DNA of 59,990 bases from assembly GCA_017744805.1 (NCBI GenBank), contig JAGIAP010000001.1, forward strand, positions 1 through 59,990. The letters are read 5' to 3'. Of the stretch, positions 1 through 10,400 are shown in pieces (positions within the stretch are counted from its first letter, which is position 1; every line of letters starts with the position of its first letter). The DNA is from Chitinophagaceae bacterium. Lineage in GTDB: Bacteria > Bacteroidota > Bacteroidia > Chitinophagales > Chitinophagaceae. Both the position numbers and the translations under genes were made by a program. The notes under the pieces were generated by a model that was not told where the DNA came from, ran no database searches, and saw only the letters and a list, made by a program, of their open reading frames with translations.

Positions 1-195
1 GTATTGTATTGTTTGCATACAAAATTCCGGAGGTATCGTATTCTCCTCTTCTTTAAAACCTTTAGACTTGGAATGAGTATAAACTCCGATTGTTATAGCG
101 CCAACTCCTTGAGTGCAATTGTAGTGTTCCAGGCTATCCTGACTATGTAAAAAATAAGATAATAAAAGGAATACGCTAAGTAAGATGAATTTCAT
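1..195 (-). CDS. Partial CDS (runs off left edge), putative secreted hypothetical protein
   Basis: Not in ORF track. ATG at 195, frame open to position 1: MKFILLSVFLLLSYFLHSQDSLEHYNCTQG...; signal-peptide-like N-terminus. Confidence 0.6.
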   Translation of the reverse strand, partial: MKFILLSVFLLLSYFLHSQDSLEHYNCTQGVGAITIGVYTHSKSKGFKEEENTIPPEFCMQTIQY

Positions 196-336
196 TTAGG
201 CGGATTGGATCTGGCAACATTCTTCGATTGAAAGATGCTGCCAGATGAAGGTTTATTAAGTTATTGAAATAGTCATTGTTGTAGAAATGGTAGCAGGAAT
301 GTACGCATAAATGATGGATTTCTGTTGCGGAAAATT

Positions 337-378
337 ATAAAAAGCCTTCCGATTACTGAGTACCGGAAGGCTTTTTAT
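337..378. terminator. Bidirectional-type intrinsic terminator downstream of GloVer gene 1
   Basis: Perfect 15-bp inverted repeat ATAAAAAGCCTTCCG / CGGAAGGCTTTTTAT with A and T tracts, about 40 bp past the stop at 421. Confidence 0.85.
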
Positions 379-420
379 TTCTGCACCAGACTACAATGGT
401 TGGGCAGTGCAATTATCTTA

Positions 421-3400
421 TTATCGTTTTACAAATCGTACCGGCACCATCTTTTCTCCTTCCTGGTATTGTAAAATATACAGTCCTGTTCCCAGATGCC
501 CGATAGATAGCGGCACTGTACCAGCGCCTGCCTGTACTTGTATGGTTTGCTGCCAAACTTTTCTACCTGCTACATCATGGATGCTTATCAATACCTGTTG
601 GGATGAAGAAGCATTTGTTCGCAATGTAGCGGTATTACCCGATACCGGATTGGGAGCTATTGCCAGTTGCAGGAATTTAGCACCACCACGGTTCAGCATC
701 ACGATCTTTGAATAACTGGCAGGGCTTCCCTGTTCTTCCATTTTCAAGCGATAGTAAAATGTTGCGGGAGAAATATCCGGGTCTGTGAATTGGAAGGGAT
801 GGTTACAGTCCTGCTGCGCCGCTTGCACTGTTCCGATGGGAGTGAATGGCAGTCCATCAGTGCTGCGCTCGATAGTGAAGGTGGAAGCACCGGTACAGGA
901 TGCTTTCCAGGTCAGCAGATTGCCATTAGGTTTAACCGTGCCGGTAAAGGTTTCCAGGTTGATGGGGAGAGCTGCAAAACTGCTGCTGGCAAAATAGAAT
1001 GTGGAAAATGAATTGACGGTAGTGGTGAATACATAGTCGTTCTCCCAGTTGGAGGAAGTAGAACTTATCTTCTCAGCATTTTGAATGATGGCATTGGTAC
1101 AGGCATCACCGCTTTTGAAAACGGAGAGATTGGTCAATCCATTCACGCCTGAACCGGGTGTGGTGATGAGTTTATCCAGTTCCGATTTGAGGATATACAA
1201 TCTAACGGTAACGGGTGAAGTTGGCTGATTGGTAACGGTAATGGTTATATTACGATCCAGGTAAGCCCTGCCGGCAGGGTCTTTACGCGTATCGCCACTG
1301 TGCGTGTAGAATCTGACGCTTATATTGCCCAGGTTATTACCATTGGGATTGATCTCCGCAATGGCCTGTCCTTCTGAATCCGTGAAAGGGATCCATTGGC
1401 TGTTATTGGTATTATTTACGGTTATCACTTCACTGGCATTCCAGCAAACGCCGGCATGGCCGGGCGATACCAGTGCAGGAGCAGTTGTCAATTGCGTGTA
1501 ACGCGGTTGCCTGCCATTGAGCCCGGTAAAATTGACTTTCGCTGTTGTTTTGTTATTGGCAGGATCATATTCAAAGAGCGTACCACCATATTGATAGCTG
1601 CCGCCGTTTACTGTCAGTCCATAGATCTTTCCATTCATGATGGCTGGAGTACTTAATGGAAGGGCTCCGGTGGTTTGGATATCGAATTCATGGCGGGTGG
1701 TCATGATTTTGGTAGCGGGATCAAAGGAAAACAGGTGCCCGTTGATTTCGCCCGGCAATAAGTTGTTATCGTATGTAAGCCCCCACAATTCATTGTTCAA
1801 AACCACCAGGCCTCCCGGCTCTTTCCCATCGGTATTCTTAAGGTCATACTCCCTGGTAATTGCATTAGTGCCGGGTATCCAGGAAAAAATAAAGCCGCGT
1901 TCATATGTCTCTTCAAAATTGCCGGTCCCCCAGAATTTTCCTCCATATAAAGTCATGCCTGCTCTGGGACTACCATACGCAGCAGGAAAATAGAATCTGG
2001 GAGTATATGAATTAGTGGCTGGTTCAAATTCAAAAATGGTTCCTTTATTCCAGGTGCCACCGGACAGGGTTGTGCCGTATAATTTAGATCCAAGTACGCT
2101 GAGCCGTCCGCAGGGAGAGGCCCCTGTGGGAAAACTGAAGTTAACCTTTACAGTATATGCCTTTGTTGCCGGATCGAATTCATACAAAACACCGAAGTTG
2201 TTAGTTCCGCCATTCATGGTTACGCCATAGAATTTATTATTGTACAATACCATACCTCCATGAATGAAAGGCTCTCCCTCAGGCGCATTGAAATTATGCA
2301 AGACGGTATATTGTTGTGTGTATGGATCATAGCTATAGATCACACCAGACCCATATTGGCCGCCTTTACAGGTGGTGCCATAGAATTTCCGTTGGTAATA
2401 ATTAAGATGACCCGTGGGTTGATAGCCTGTGGTACTGGAGCCTATGTCTAATTTTTTGACATAGCTATTCGATGCAGGATTGAATTCAAAGAGTACTCCT
2501 GTGTTGTATATTCCTCCGTTGATAGTAAATCCGTAAAGGCGGTTATTATATAATGTGAGATAGCCGGTACCGCCAGCTCCGTTGAGGTCATTGAAGGCAG
2601 CACGGGGTGTAAGGATATTGGCAGCCGGATCATACTCGTAAACAGCGCCGCGCCCATTGGCGCCTCCTGAAAAACTATTCCCATACAATTTATTATTCCA
2701 AATAGCCAACGTGCCTGAACCACTGGAGCCGGCCTCACTCATATCGATCTTTTTGGTGAGTGTGCTGGTAGTATGATCAAATTCAAACAGGATCCCTTTG
2801 TTATAGGTGCCGCCTATTACAGTTAATCCATATAGTTTGTTGTTGAATACTGTCATGCCATGATAAATAGCGCCTGCGCCAATGCTGCTCAGGTCTACGC
2901 GTTTGGAAAAAGTACTGTTGGCCGGATCGAACCAGAAGATGCAACCACCCAGGGTGGCGCCGGTTCCTATGGAAGTTGCCCCAAAAAGTTTTCCATTATA
3001 CAGGGCAAGTGTGGTTCTCGGCCATTTGCCATGAAGGGCTTCATTGAAATCAAATTTCTTTGAATAGGTATTGGTGGCAGGATCGAATTCGAACAAGGTG
3101 CCTGCATTGAAATTACCTCCGCCGGTAGCCAGTCCATAAAGTTTGTTATTGTACACGGTAAGGCCGCAACGGGGGAAGCGTCCGGTGGCGTACGTGAAAT
3201 CATATAATTTCTTTACCTGGTGATTTGCCGGGTTGTATTCGAATAAACAACCCTCATGGTTGCTGCCTCCAAATTCGGCCACGCCGTAAAATTTATTGTT
3301 CAGGAGTACGAAGGTGAAGCCTGCGTCATTATCGTGCAAGGCGTCGAAATTCAGTATTTCCGCAATATTGATCTTGCGAAGCAATTGATTGGTGGCTGGA

Positions 3401-3699
3401 TTGTATTCATAGATAAAAGAATAACTCTGCACTTTAGGGTCTGCCATTACTCCATACATCTTATTATTGTAGACGGCCGGACTGTTATTCCCCGGATGCT
3501 CTCCGGGTGTGATCATCTGGAATGGTTCCCGCGCGCGGTGTCCGGTGCCATCAAAGCGGGTGGAGAATATGGTTCCCTGTTCATTGAACCCTCCAAAGTC
3601 TGTGATGCCCCAGAACTGGTAAATGCCCTGTGCATGGGTATCTGAGAGGAAGCAGATCAGGAACGGAAAGAGAAGAAGAGTGGCGTAGTGCTTTCTCAT
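421..3699 (-). CDS. T9SS-secreted (type A CTD) GloVer/Gloeo_Verruco tandem-repeat protein, paralog 1
   Basis: 14 repeats of ~50 aa (LYGxTxxGGxxxxGxLFEFDPATN); signal peptide MRKHYATLLL..AQ; LPINLETFTG and IAPNPV...GLYILQ...RFVKR T9SS tail. Start moved from 3762 to ATG 3699 by alignment with paralog 2. Confidence 0.88.
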   Translation of the reverse strand: MRKHYATLLLFPFLICFLSDTHAQGIYQFWGITDFGGFNEQGTIFSTRFDGTGHRAREPFQMITPGEHPGNNSPAVYNNKMYGVMADPKVQSYSFIYEYNPATNQLLRKINIAEILNFDALHDNDAGFTFVLLNNKFYGVAEFGGSNHEGCLFEYNPANHQVKKLYDFTYATGRFPRCGLTVYNNKLYGLATGGGNFNAGTLFEFDPATNTYSKKFDFNEALHGKWPRTTLALYNGKLFGATSIGTGATLGGCIFWFDPANSTFSKRVDLSSIGAGAIYHGMTVFNNKLYGLTVIGGTYNKGILFEFDHTTSTLTKKIDMSEAGSSGSGTLAIWNNKLYGNSFSGGANGRGAVYEYDPAANILTPRAAFNDLNGAGGTGYLTLYNNRLYGFTINGGIYNTGVLFEFNPASNSYVKKLDIGSSTTGYQPTGHLNYYQRKFYGTTCKGGQYGSGVIYSYDPYTQQYTVLHNFNAPEGEPFIHGGMVLYNNKFYGVTMNGGTNNFGVLYEFDPATKAYTVKVNFSFPTGASPCGRLSVLGSKLYGTTLSGGTWNKGTIFEFEPATNSYTPRFYFPAAYGSPRAGMTLYGGKFWGTGNFEETYERGFIFSWIPGTNAITREYDLKNTDGKEPGGLVVLNNELWGLTYDNNLLPGEINGHLFSFDPATKIMTTRHEFDIQTTGALPLSTPAIMNGKIYGLTVNGGSYQYGGTLFEYDPANNKTTAKVNFTGLNGRQPRYTQLTTAPALVSPGHAGVCWNASEVITVNNTNNSQWIPFTDSEGQAIAEINPNGNNLGNISVRFYTHSGDTRKDPAGRAYLDRNITITVTNQPTSPVTVRLYILKSELDKLITTPGSGVNGLTNLSVFKSGDACTNAIIQNAEKISSTSSNWENDYVFTTTVNSFSTFYFASSSFAALPINLETFTGTVKPNGNLLTWKASCTGASTFTIERSTDGLPFTPIGTVQAAQQDCNHPFQFTDPDISPATFYYRLKMEEQGSPASYSKIVMLNRGGAKFLQLAIAPNPVSGNTATLRTNASSSQQVLISIHDVAGRKVWQQTIQVQAGAGTVPLSIGHLGTGLYILQYQEGEKMVPVRFVKR

Positions 3700-3758
3700 A
3701 AGTAAGCGATTTATGATTTCTGCACCAAAGTAAAGTCCTTCGGAAGGTGATGGCCAGG

Positions 3759-3788
3759 CCACTTAACAGATAGTCCTTTTCAGTTAAT
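3759..3788. promoter_or_regulatory. LytTR-like direct-repeat operator upstream of GloVer gene 1
   Basis: CCACTTAAC-N12-TCAGTTAAT, 21-bp period, conserved in the same position upstream of paralog 2. Confidence 0.6.
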
Positions 3789-3912
3789 CTTTTGGGCGGT
3801 CTCCCCGGGGCAGTTGCTCCGGCATTAGGTATGGATGGCCATTCTTACAGAATCCTTAACGGTTGTAACCTGTTTTGGTAAGGAATTTGTGATCATAACC
3901 GAAAAACCTCCC

Positions 3913-4680
3913 ATGAAAAAAATAATACTTACCCGTTCGTCGCACAGGCGGCTTTCCTTCCCTCTTCTTTTCCTGCTATCCATGATAAATGTCGGCGCCT
4001 TCGCACAGTATTTCCCTTATGAACCGGCGTATAATTTAGCCATGTTCTCCGTTACCAGGAATGTAGTGGAACGGAATATCAATAAAGTGTATGGATTGCC
4101 CGGTAAAGGAAAACCTGCATCCGGCACTACGCCTGTTTCTAAGGCTGCTGCCACCAGCTTGAATTTCACTTCTTCAGCCGAAGTACATACAAAAGTGCTG
4201 GAAACCATTGCCAGTATTGCCGCAAAAGGGGATAGAACGATGGTCAGGCATCATATGGAGGTGTTGGATAAGTCCAATTTCCTTCAAAAATTTGATACGC
4301 TTCTCCGTGATTATGGGTTCAACAGTTCCAATATGGCAGATGTATTTGCCGCTTATATTGTTTTGTCCTGGCAGGCTGTTACCGGGAAGGATGCAGCCAG
4401 TTTCAGATCAGGGATAGAGTCCTTCAGGCAGAATATCCACGGCATCATGGACAATAATGAACAGTTGAAAAAGACCACCAATGCCGAAAAGCAACAAACG
4501 GCAGAAACGCTCTCTTACCTGGCTATGATATTCTCTTATGCTACGCAGGATCAAAATAAGGCCAATAATCAGAAAGCGTTGGCGCAGACCCGTGAATATA
4601 TAAGGACGGGAGTGATCCGGATATCGGGCATCGATCTTTTAAAATATGAGCTCGATCAGTCAGGTCTTCGTCCCAAATAA
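3913..4680 (+). CDS. Secreted helical protein, probably DUF6683 family
   Basis: Signal peptide ending GAFAQ; NMADVFAAYIVLSWQ and TNAEKQQTAE segments. Start likely ATG 3913 (track 3835). Confidence 0.6.
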   Translation: MKKIILTRSSHRRLSFPLLFLLSMINVGAFAQYFPYEPAYNLAMFSVTRNVVERNINKVYGLPGKGKPASGTTPVSKAAATSLNFTSSAEVHTKVLETIASIAAKGDRTMVRHHMEVLDKSNFLQKFDTLLRDYGFNSSNMADVFAAYIVLSWQAVTGKDAASFRSGIESFRQNIHGIMDNNEQLKKTTNAEKQQTAETLSYLAMIFSYATQDQNKANNQKALAQTREYIRTGVIRISGIDLLKYELDQSGLRPK

Positions 4681-4762
4681 TTCCCGCAGGGTTAACCTCG
4701 AAGCTGCATCACAACCCACGAGTTCAGCATCTGCTCCCCTTTTTTCTTAACTTGTCTGGCAT

Positions 4763-5404
4763 ATGATCGATATGAAACAACTGATCAACAGCAAAGACTA
4801 TGAAGCTATCAGAAAAGCACTGGCCACAGATCCTACATTGGCCAATGAAGAAATAGCTTTTGATGATGACAATACCACCAAAGCCCACCCGTTACACCGG
4901 ATCAGCGATGGTGTGTTTGCGCATACCTTCACTGATAGGGAAGGAGTGGAATTGGCCCGTATCTTCCTTGAATACGGTGCAAACGTGAATGGCAATAAGC
5001 TGACCGAAGGTCAGGATTCGCCACTGACAGCAGCAGCCAGTCTGCATGCAGAGGAACTAGCCATCTTTCTCATAGACAATGGAGCGGATATCCATCATAA
5101 AGGATTTTTTGGAGGTACTGCCCTTCACTGGGCTGCCTGGGTGGGTAGGGATAAACTGGTGGAGCGACTGATCAGCGAAAAGGCTGCCATTGATCAGATC
5201 TGTATCACGCATAAAGGAACGCCACTTTTATGGGCCGTTCATGGGTACAAGTATGGAGGCGCAGAGAACAGGCATCACCAGGTTGACTGTGTTCGTTTAT
5301 TGCTTGATGCCGGAGCAGACAAAACCATTCCAAACATAGAAGGAACTACGGCATTGGCATTTCTGGATGAAGAAGATACTGAGCTGCTTGGGCTTTTAAG
5401 GTGA
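4763..5404 (+). CDS. Ankyrin repeat protein
   Basis: SPLTAAA..FLIDNGAD, GTALHWAA, GTPLLWAV..LLLDAGAD ankyrin motifs. Confidence 0.9.
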   Translation: MIDMKQLINSKDYEAIRKALATDPTLANEEIAFDDDNTTKAHPLHRISDGVFAHTFTDREGVELARIFLEYGANVNGNKLTEGQDSPLTAAASLHAEELAIFLIDNGADIHHKGFFGGTALHWAAWVGRDKLVERLISEKAAIDQICITHKGTPLLWAVHGYKYGGAENRHHQVDCVRLLLDAGADKTIPNIEGTTALAFLDEEDTELLGLLR

Positions 5405-5469
5405 ATGAAAGAGTGGATGGTTGCGGTTTTTCCCGTAGTTTGCACCTGTTACCAGCAAATCCGCACCCA

Positions 5470-6075
5470 TTGCCACCAAACCCTACATATGATGAGCAGG
5501 CGCTGCTATTGAAGATAGTGGAAGGCGATGCCCATAGTTTCGGGGAACTCACAAAACTCCACTGGCCACAGGTATACGGCACTGCACTCCGTCTCACCAA
5601 ATCCCCCGAACAAGCCAAAGACCTCGCGCAGGAGATCTTCATCAAACTATGGAATAACAGAAGCAAACTGGCCGAAGTAACCAATCTCAAAGCCTATATC
5701 TACGTTTCGGCCAAACACCTGGTGATGGACTTCATGCAGAAAAAGGTCTTCCATCCATCCAATATCCAGTACCTCACTGATTATTTCACCGATAATTCAG
5801 CTCAACACCCGCTCACCAGCCTCGAGCTCAAAGAACTTGAACAAACAGTGGCTGCCGCCATACAATCCTTGCCGGAAAAGACCAGGCGTGTTTTTGAGCT
5901 ACACCGCTTTAGCGGCAAAAGCCATAAAGAAATAGCGGCCCTGCTCGGTATCTCCGAAGTAAGCTCCAAAACCTATATCGTCAGAGCCCTCAAAGACATT
6001 CGTCTTTATCTTTCCAAACATGCCGGCGACAACCCCCTGCTGCTGCTCTTCCTCTTCGGAAAGTTTTTTCAATAA
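5470..6075 (+). CDS. ECF RNA polymerase sigma-70 factor (cassette A)
   Basis: AKDLAQEIFIKLW region 2; SLPEKTRRVFELHR..SHKEIAALLGISE region 4; hydrophobic C-tail. Probable TTG start at 5470 (track 5401). Confidence 0.92.
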   Translation: MPPNPTYDEQALLLKIVEGDAHSFGELTKLHWPQVYGTALRLTKSPEQAKDLAQEIFIKLWNNRSKLAEVTNLKAYIYVSAKHLVMDFMQKKVFHPSNIQYLTDYFTDNSAQHPLTSLELKELEQTVAAAIQSLPEKTRRVFELHRFSGKSHKEIAALLGISEVSSKTYIVRALKDIRLYLSKHAGDNPLLLLFLFGKFFQ

Positions 6076-6091
6076 TTTTTTTGATTTACTG

Positions 6092-6117
6092 TCTTACCCC
6101 CGGTCTTCTTTCCCGTC
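6092..6117 (+). promoter_or_regulatory. Putative ECF-dependent promoter for fecR-susC (cassette A)
   Basis: TCTTAC-N15-CCGTC after a T-tract; same geometry as the TAGTAC-N15-ACGAC motif seen twice in locus D. Confidence 0.5.
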
Positions 6118-6140
6118 CTCTCTTCTATAAACCTTATAGC

Positions 6141-7316
6141 ATGACCGGGATAACGGTTAAAGAATTATGGGAAAAGTACCTGCAAGGCACCGCTACAGTG
6201 GCTGAACTGGAGCAATTGAGGGCATATTTCAACACCCCTCAGTACCATGAAGAATTCGACGGCCTGCTGCAACAGGCATTCTCTGATCCCCGCTTCATCG
6301 AAACCGGGGATCATAATGTAGAAGACATGGTAAACGACTTGATGCTGCAAATAAAGCAGCCTGTTGTTCGCAAGATGCCCGCCAGGCGTTGGCTCTGGGC
6401 CGCTGCTTCTTTGCTGGTGCTTGTCCTGGGCGGATTGTATTTCTGGAATGCCAATCAGAGATCGATACCAAAGGTTACCCCGGAACTCGCCACCAAAGAA
6501 GATATGCCACCCGGTGGCGATGGTGCCATCCTTACCCTGGCTGATGGCAGGCAAGTGGTGCTGGACAGCCTCGGCAATGGCCTGGTGGCCCATCAGAATG
6601 GCAGTGATGTAATGCTGGAAAACGGTAAACTGTTGTATGATCCCAAAGGAGAAAGCAAGCAATCAATTGTGTACAATACCATGTCCACCCCCAAAGGGCG
6701 CCAATTCCAGATGACCTTGCCCGATGGCAGCAAAGTATGGCTCAATGCCGCATCCAGTATCCGTTTTCCGGTTGTGTTCAATGGAGCCAATAGAAAAGTG
6801 GACATAACGGGAGAAGTATATATCGAAGTGAAAAAGAATGCCACGCTTCCTTTCATCGTTCAGGGAAACGATTTTGTATTGCAGGTGCTGGGCACCGGTT
6901 TCAATATCAATTCCTACGGCGATAATGGTGCCGTAAAAGCCACGCTGGTGGAAGGTGCAGTGAAATTGAGAAGACCCACGGACAGTGCGGCTGTATTGCT
7001 CAGTCCTGGTGAACAATGGTCATATAACCTGAAAAGCGGAGGGCCCAAAGTGATCAGGGCTGCTGATCTCCATCATGTACTGGCATGGAAAGAAAAGCGA
7101 TTCTCCTTCAACGGCAATATCCGCAGTATCATGAATGAGATTGCCAGGTGGTATGATGTGGAATTGAAGTATGAAGGAACCATTCCCGACAAAGAGCTCG
7201 AAGGAGGCTTTACCCGGGAGATCGAATTACAAAAAGTACTGGAGATACTGGAAGTAGTGGCAGGAGTGGATTTTGAACTACATGGAAAACAGCTCACCAT
7301 CAGAGCATCGGAATAA
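6141..7316 (+). CDS. FecR-family anti-sigma / transmembrane signal transducer (cassette A)
   Basis: Single TM helix; TPKGRQFQMTLPDGSKVWLNAASS, GEVY, VLGTGFNI, RWYDV motifs. Start likely 6141 (track 6081). Confidence 0.93.
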   Translation: MTGITVKELWEKYLQGTATVAELEQLRAYFNTPQYHEEFDGLLQQAFSDPRFIETGDHNVEDMVNDLMLQIKQPVVRKMPARRWLWAAASLLVLVLGGLYFWNANQRSIPKVTPELATKEDMPPGGDGAILTLADGRQVVLDSLGNGLVAHQNGSDVMLENGKLLYDPKGESKQSIVYNTMSTPKGRQFQMTLPDGSKVWLNAASSIRFPVVFNGANRKVDITGEVYIEVKKNATLPFIVQGNDFVLQVLGTGFNINSYGDNGAVKATLVEGAVKLRRPTDSAAVLLSPGEQWSYNLKSGGPKVIRAADLHHVLAWKEKRFSFNGNIRSIMNEIARWYDVELKYEGTIPDKELEGGFTREIELQKVLEILEVVAGVDFELHGKQLTIRASE

Positions 7317-7322
7317 GGCCTT

Positions 7323-7354
7323 AAAAAACCGCACCGGATGGAACCCGGGCGGTT
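7323..7354 (-). terminator. Antisense-oriented terminator in fecR-susC spacer (cassette A)
   Basis: On minus strand AACCGC-CCGG-loop-CCGG-T-GCGGTT running into a T6 tract. Confidence 0.6.
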
Positions 7355-7443
7355 ATGCCAGGCTAACGAGTTTGTAACCCACTATACGGAACGAGTTGAG
7401 AGGCGGACCGTATAGTTTTTATTAACCTAAACGAAATAAAGTT

Positions 7444-10400
7444 ATGCATTTTATGCTTATGAGATCCCCCCTGCCTGAAAGGGCCGGAGGGAGCGGTCTT
7501 ACCTGGATGCACCCATGGAGGGACCGGCTAACCAAAACGATCTTGATCATGAAAATGATTGGTGTTCTTCTTCTCGTCTCTTTAATGCACGCTTACGGAA
7601 GCGGCAAGGCTCAAACCGTTACGCTGTCCGCAAAGGATATGCCCATGAAACAGGTATTTGAGAAGATCCGCATGCAAACCGGCTTTGAATTCATCTGGGA
7701 TAAGAATACCCTCGAAGAGGCCAGCCCGGTTACAGTGGATATCAGGAATATGCCGCTGAAACAAGCGCTGGACCTATGCTTTATCGGGCAGCCACTCCGT
7801 TACTCCTTTATCGATAATGTAATTGCCATCACCCGGAAACCGGTGATATTGCTGCCCGTGTACAAGGAAGCTGCCGTCATAACAGGACGCGTGTTGGCAG
7901 ATGATAAAAAACTGCCGCTGGAAGGAGTGAACGTAGCTGTGAAAGGGACTACACTCGGCACTACCACCGACGCGCAGGGTAATTTCGTGATCGCGGCCGA
8001 TCCTGGTCAGGTCCTCGTCATCAGTTTTGTAGGATATACCACACTGGAAGTGAAAGTAGGTACTGCCACCAACTATCCTGTTTATCTCAAAGTAGCCGTT
8101 ACCAACCTGGATCAAACCGTGGTGGTAGGCTACGGTACACAAAGTAAAAGGAATGTAACAGGCTCCATTGCCAAAGTACCTGAATTGAAAGCGGAAGAGA
8201 ATATCACGGGCAACGTATTCAGTGCCATGCAGGGCCGGGTAGCTGGTTTACAGGTAAAGGGCTTTGATGGTACGCCTGGTTCCGAGCCCAATTTCAGCAT
8301 CCGCGGCGTTCAAACGCTCAACAGTTCCAATGTGAACCCACTGGTGGTAGTGGATGGGCTGATCGTTGACGCAGGAGCAGGCACCGTAACCACCAATGCT
8401 CCCAATTTCAAGTTCAGCAATATCAACCCACAGGATATCGAATCTATCGAGGTATTGAAAGATGCTTCATCATCAGCCATCTACGGTGCCAGAGGTGCAC
8501 AGGGCGTGATCCTCATCACTACCAAAAGAGGGAAGGCCAATAGTCGCTCTACCGTGAATTTGAATACCTATTATGGTTTCACCAATACCACGGTAGGATA
8601 CAGGGCCATGAATAATGAACAATATGAGACTGCGTTCAAGGAAGCCCGTAATAACAGGATCGGTGATATCGATAAACTGTTAGCAGCAGGCGGCCTCACA
8701 CCTGCAAGGATACAAGTGCTCCAGGATGAAAAGGACCTGCTCGAATATGAGATCAGCTCTTTCAAACTTGGTACATCCGCCGGCGTATTCGATAACGACT
8801 GGGTAAAGTTAGTAAGCAATAAGAATGCAGCTACCACCAATATCCAGGCAAGCCTGTCTGGCGGCAATCTCAATAATACTTACTACTTCTCGTTTGGAAG
8901 ATATTCAGAAGAGAATACCATCGGCAGTGGCCGCTTCAACCGCTATTCCGGCAAACTGGCGCTCACACAAAAAGTGAACAAATGGCTGAAGGTCGGAGGC
9001 GATCTGAATGTATCCCTCACTGAAAGCCGCGATCTCTTCTCTCCATTGATAGATGCATTCGCCGCACGCCCTGATATGCCCGATTCCATTCCCTTCAACC
9101 CGGATGGCACCATCGGCTATTGGATCGAGCAGCAAACACATCCTATGGCCCAATATTACCAGACCTCCCAGAGAATAAAGAACTGGAATTACCTGGGGAA
9201 TGCTTTTGCAGAGGCTTCCATCATGCGCGGCCTCACCTTCAAGTCAACACTGGCAGGTGTGCAAAGCCAATCCAGCACCATCGGGTTCTATAGTCCATTT
9301 TCTTTTAATGGTCAATACAATAATGGACAGTACACCAACTCGGGCGGTAGTGGTCTGCAGTATACATTCAACAATACACTTACCTACCAGCTTGCCATCA
9401 GCAGCTTACGCGGAGATATCTTGCTGGGACAGGAGTTCTACAAGAACAAGCTCACCACTACAGCTTTCTCCATCGTTGGTTTCCCTTCCAGCGAAGGGCT
9501 TTGGCATCCGGGCAACGGTTCCGGTTTTGTCAACAGCAATATGAACGCCAACAAAACCTATTCCGAAGTGGGTGAATCCTATTTCGTTCGCTCCAGCCTG
9601 AGCTGGGATAATAAATACCTGCTCAGCGCCAGTCTTCGTCGCGATGGCACTTCCAAGCTGGTCAGCAAGAACCGTTATTCCTGGTTCCCCGCACTGTCTG
9701 CCGGCTGGATCATTTCCGATGAGAACTTCTTCTCCAAAGGGTCTGCCATTTCTTTCCTGAAACTGAAATCAGGTATTGGCCTCACCGGTAATATCCGTAC
9801 TCTCGGCTATTTCGATTTTGCTGACCTGGTGAACATCGGTACTTATCTCGGCAGGCCAACCTTGCAGTTGAACAATATCCGTGGTAACCGCGAGCTCAAC
9901 TGGGAAAGAACAAAACAAATAGACGCAGGCGTTGAAGCGAGGTTCCTGAACAACAAGATCTCCATGACGCTCGAATTCTACCAGAAAAGAACTGATGGCC
10001 TTATCACCAGCTTGAATACGCCACTCTCTTCAGGCGGTTACTCCTCACAGAAAGGGAACCTTGGTACTGTCGTGAACAAGGGCATCGACCTGGAGCTCTC
10101 TTACAACAGCAAGGCCCGCAGCAGGGACGATTTCTCCTGGAATGCAGGCATCGCGCTCAACTTCAACAGGAACAAGATCCTTTACCTGAGAGACACCGTA
10201 ATGGGTTATGGATTCTATATGCCCGGAGGCCCCATGCCATTTGTAAAAACAGGACAATCGGTAGGTTCATTGAGGCTGTATAGATCATTGGGAGTGGATC
10301 CCAATACAGGAGACCTGATGTATGAAGACAGGAATAAAGATGGAAAGATCACTGCAGCAGACCAGGAATATGTCCCTGTAGCACAACCGAAATATTCCGG

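Noticed and set aside
209-246. Imperfect hairpin ATCTGGCA...TGCCAGAT upstream of the partial left-edge gene
   Set aside because: No U-tract or recognisable RNA motif, so I cannot assign a function.
421-3699. ~150-bp periodicity in the GloVer genes as a CRISPR array or DGR target
   Set aside because: The repeats are degenerate, in-frame and protein-level. There are no identical repeats with spacers, no cas genes and no reverse transcriptase.
6030-6075. Hydrophobic C-terminal tails on all three ECF sigmas
   Set aside because: A common trait of Bacteroidota FecR-linked ECF sigmas, not specific to this window.
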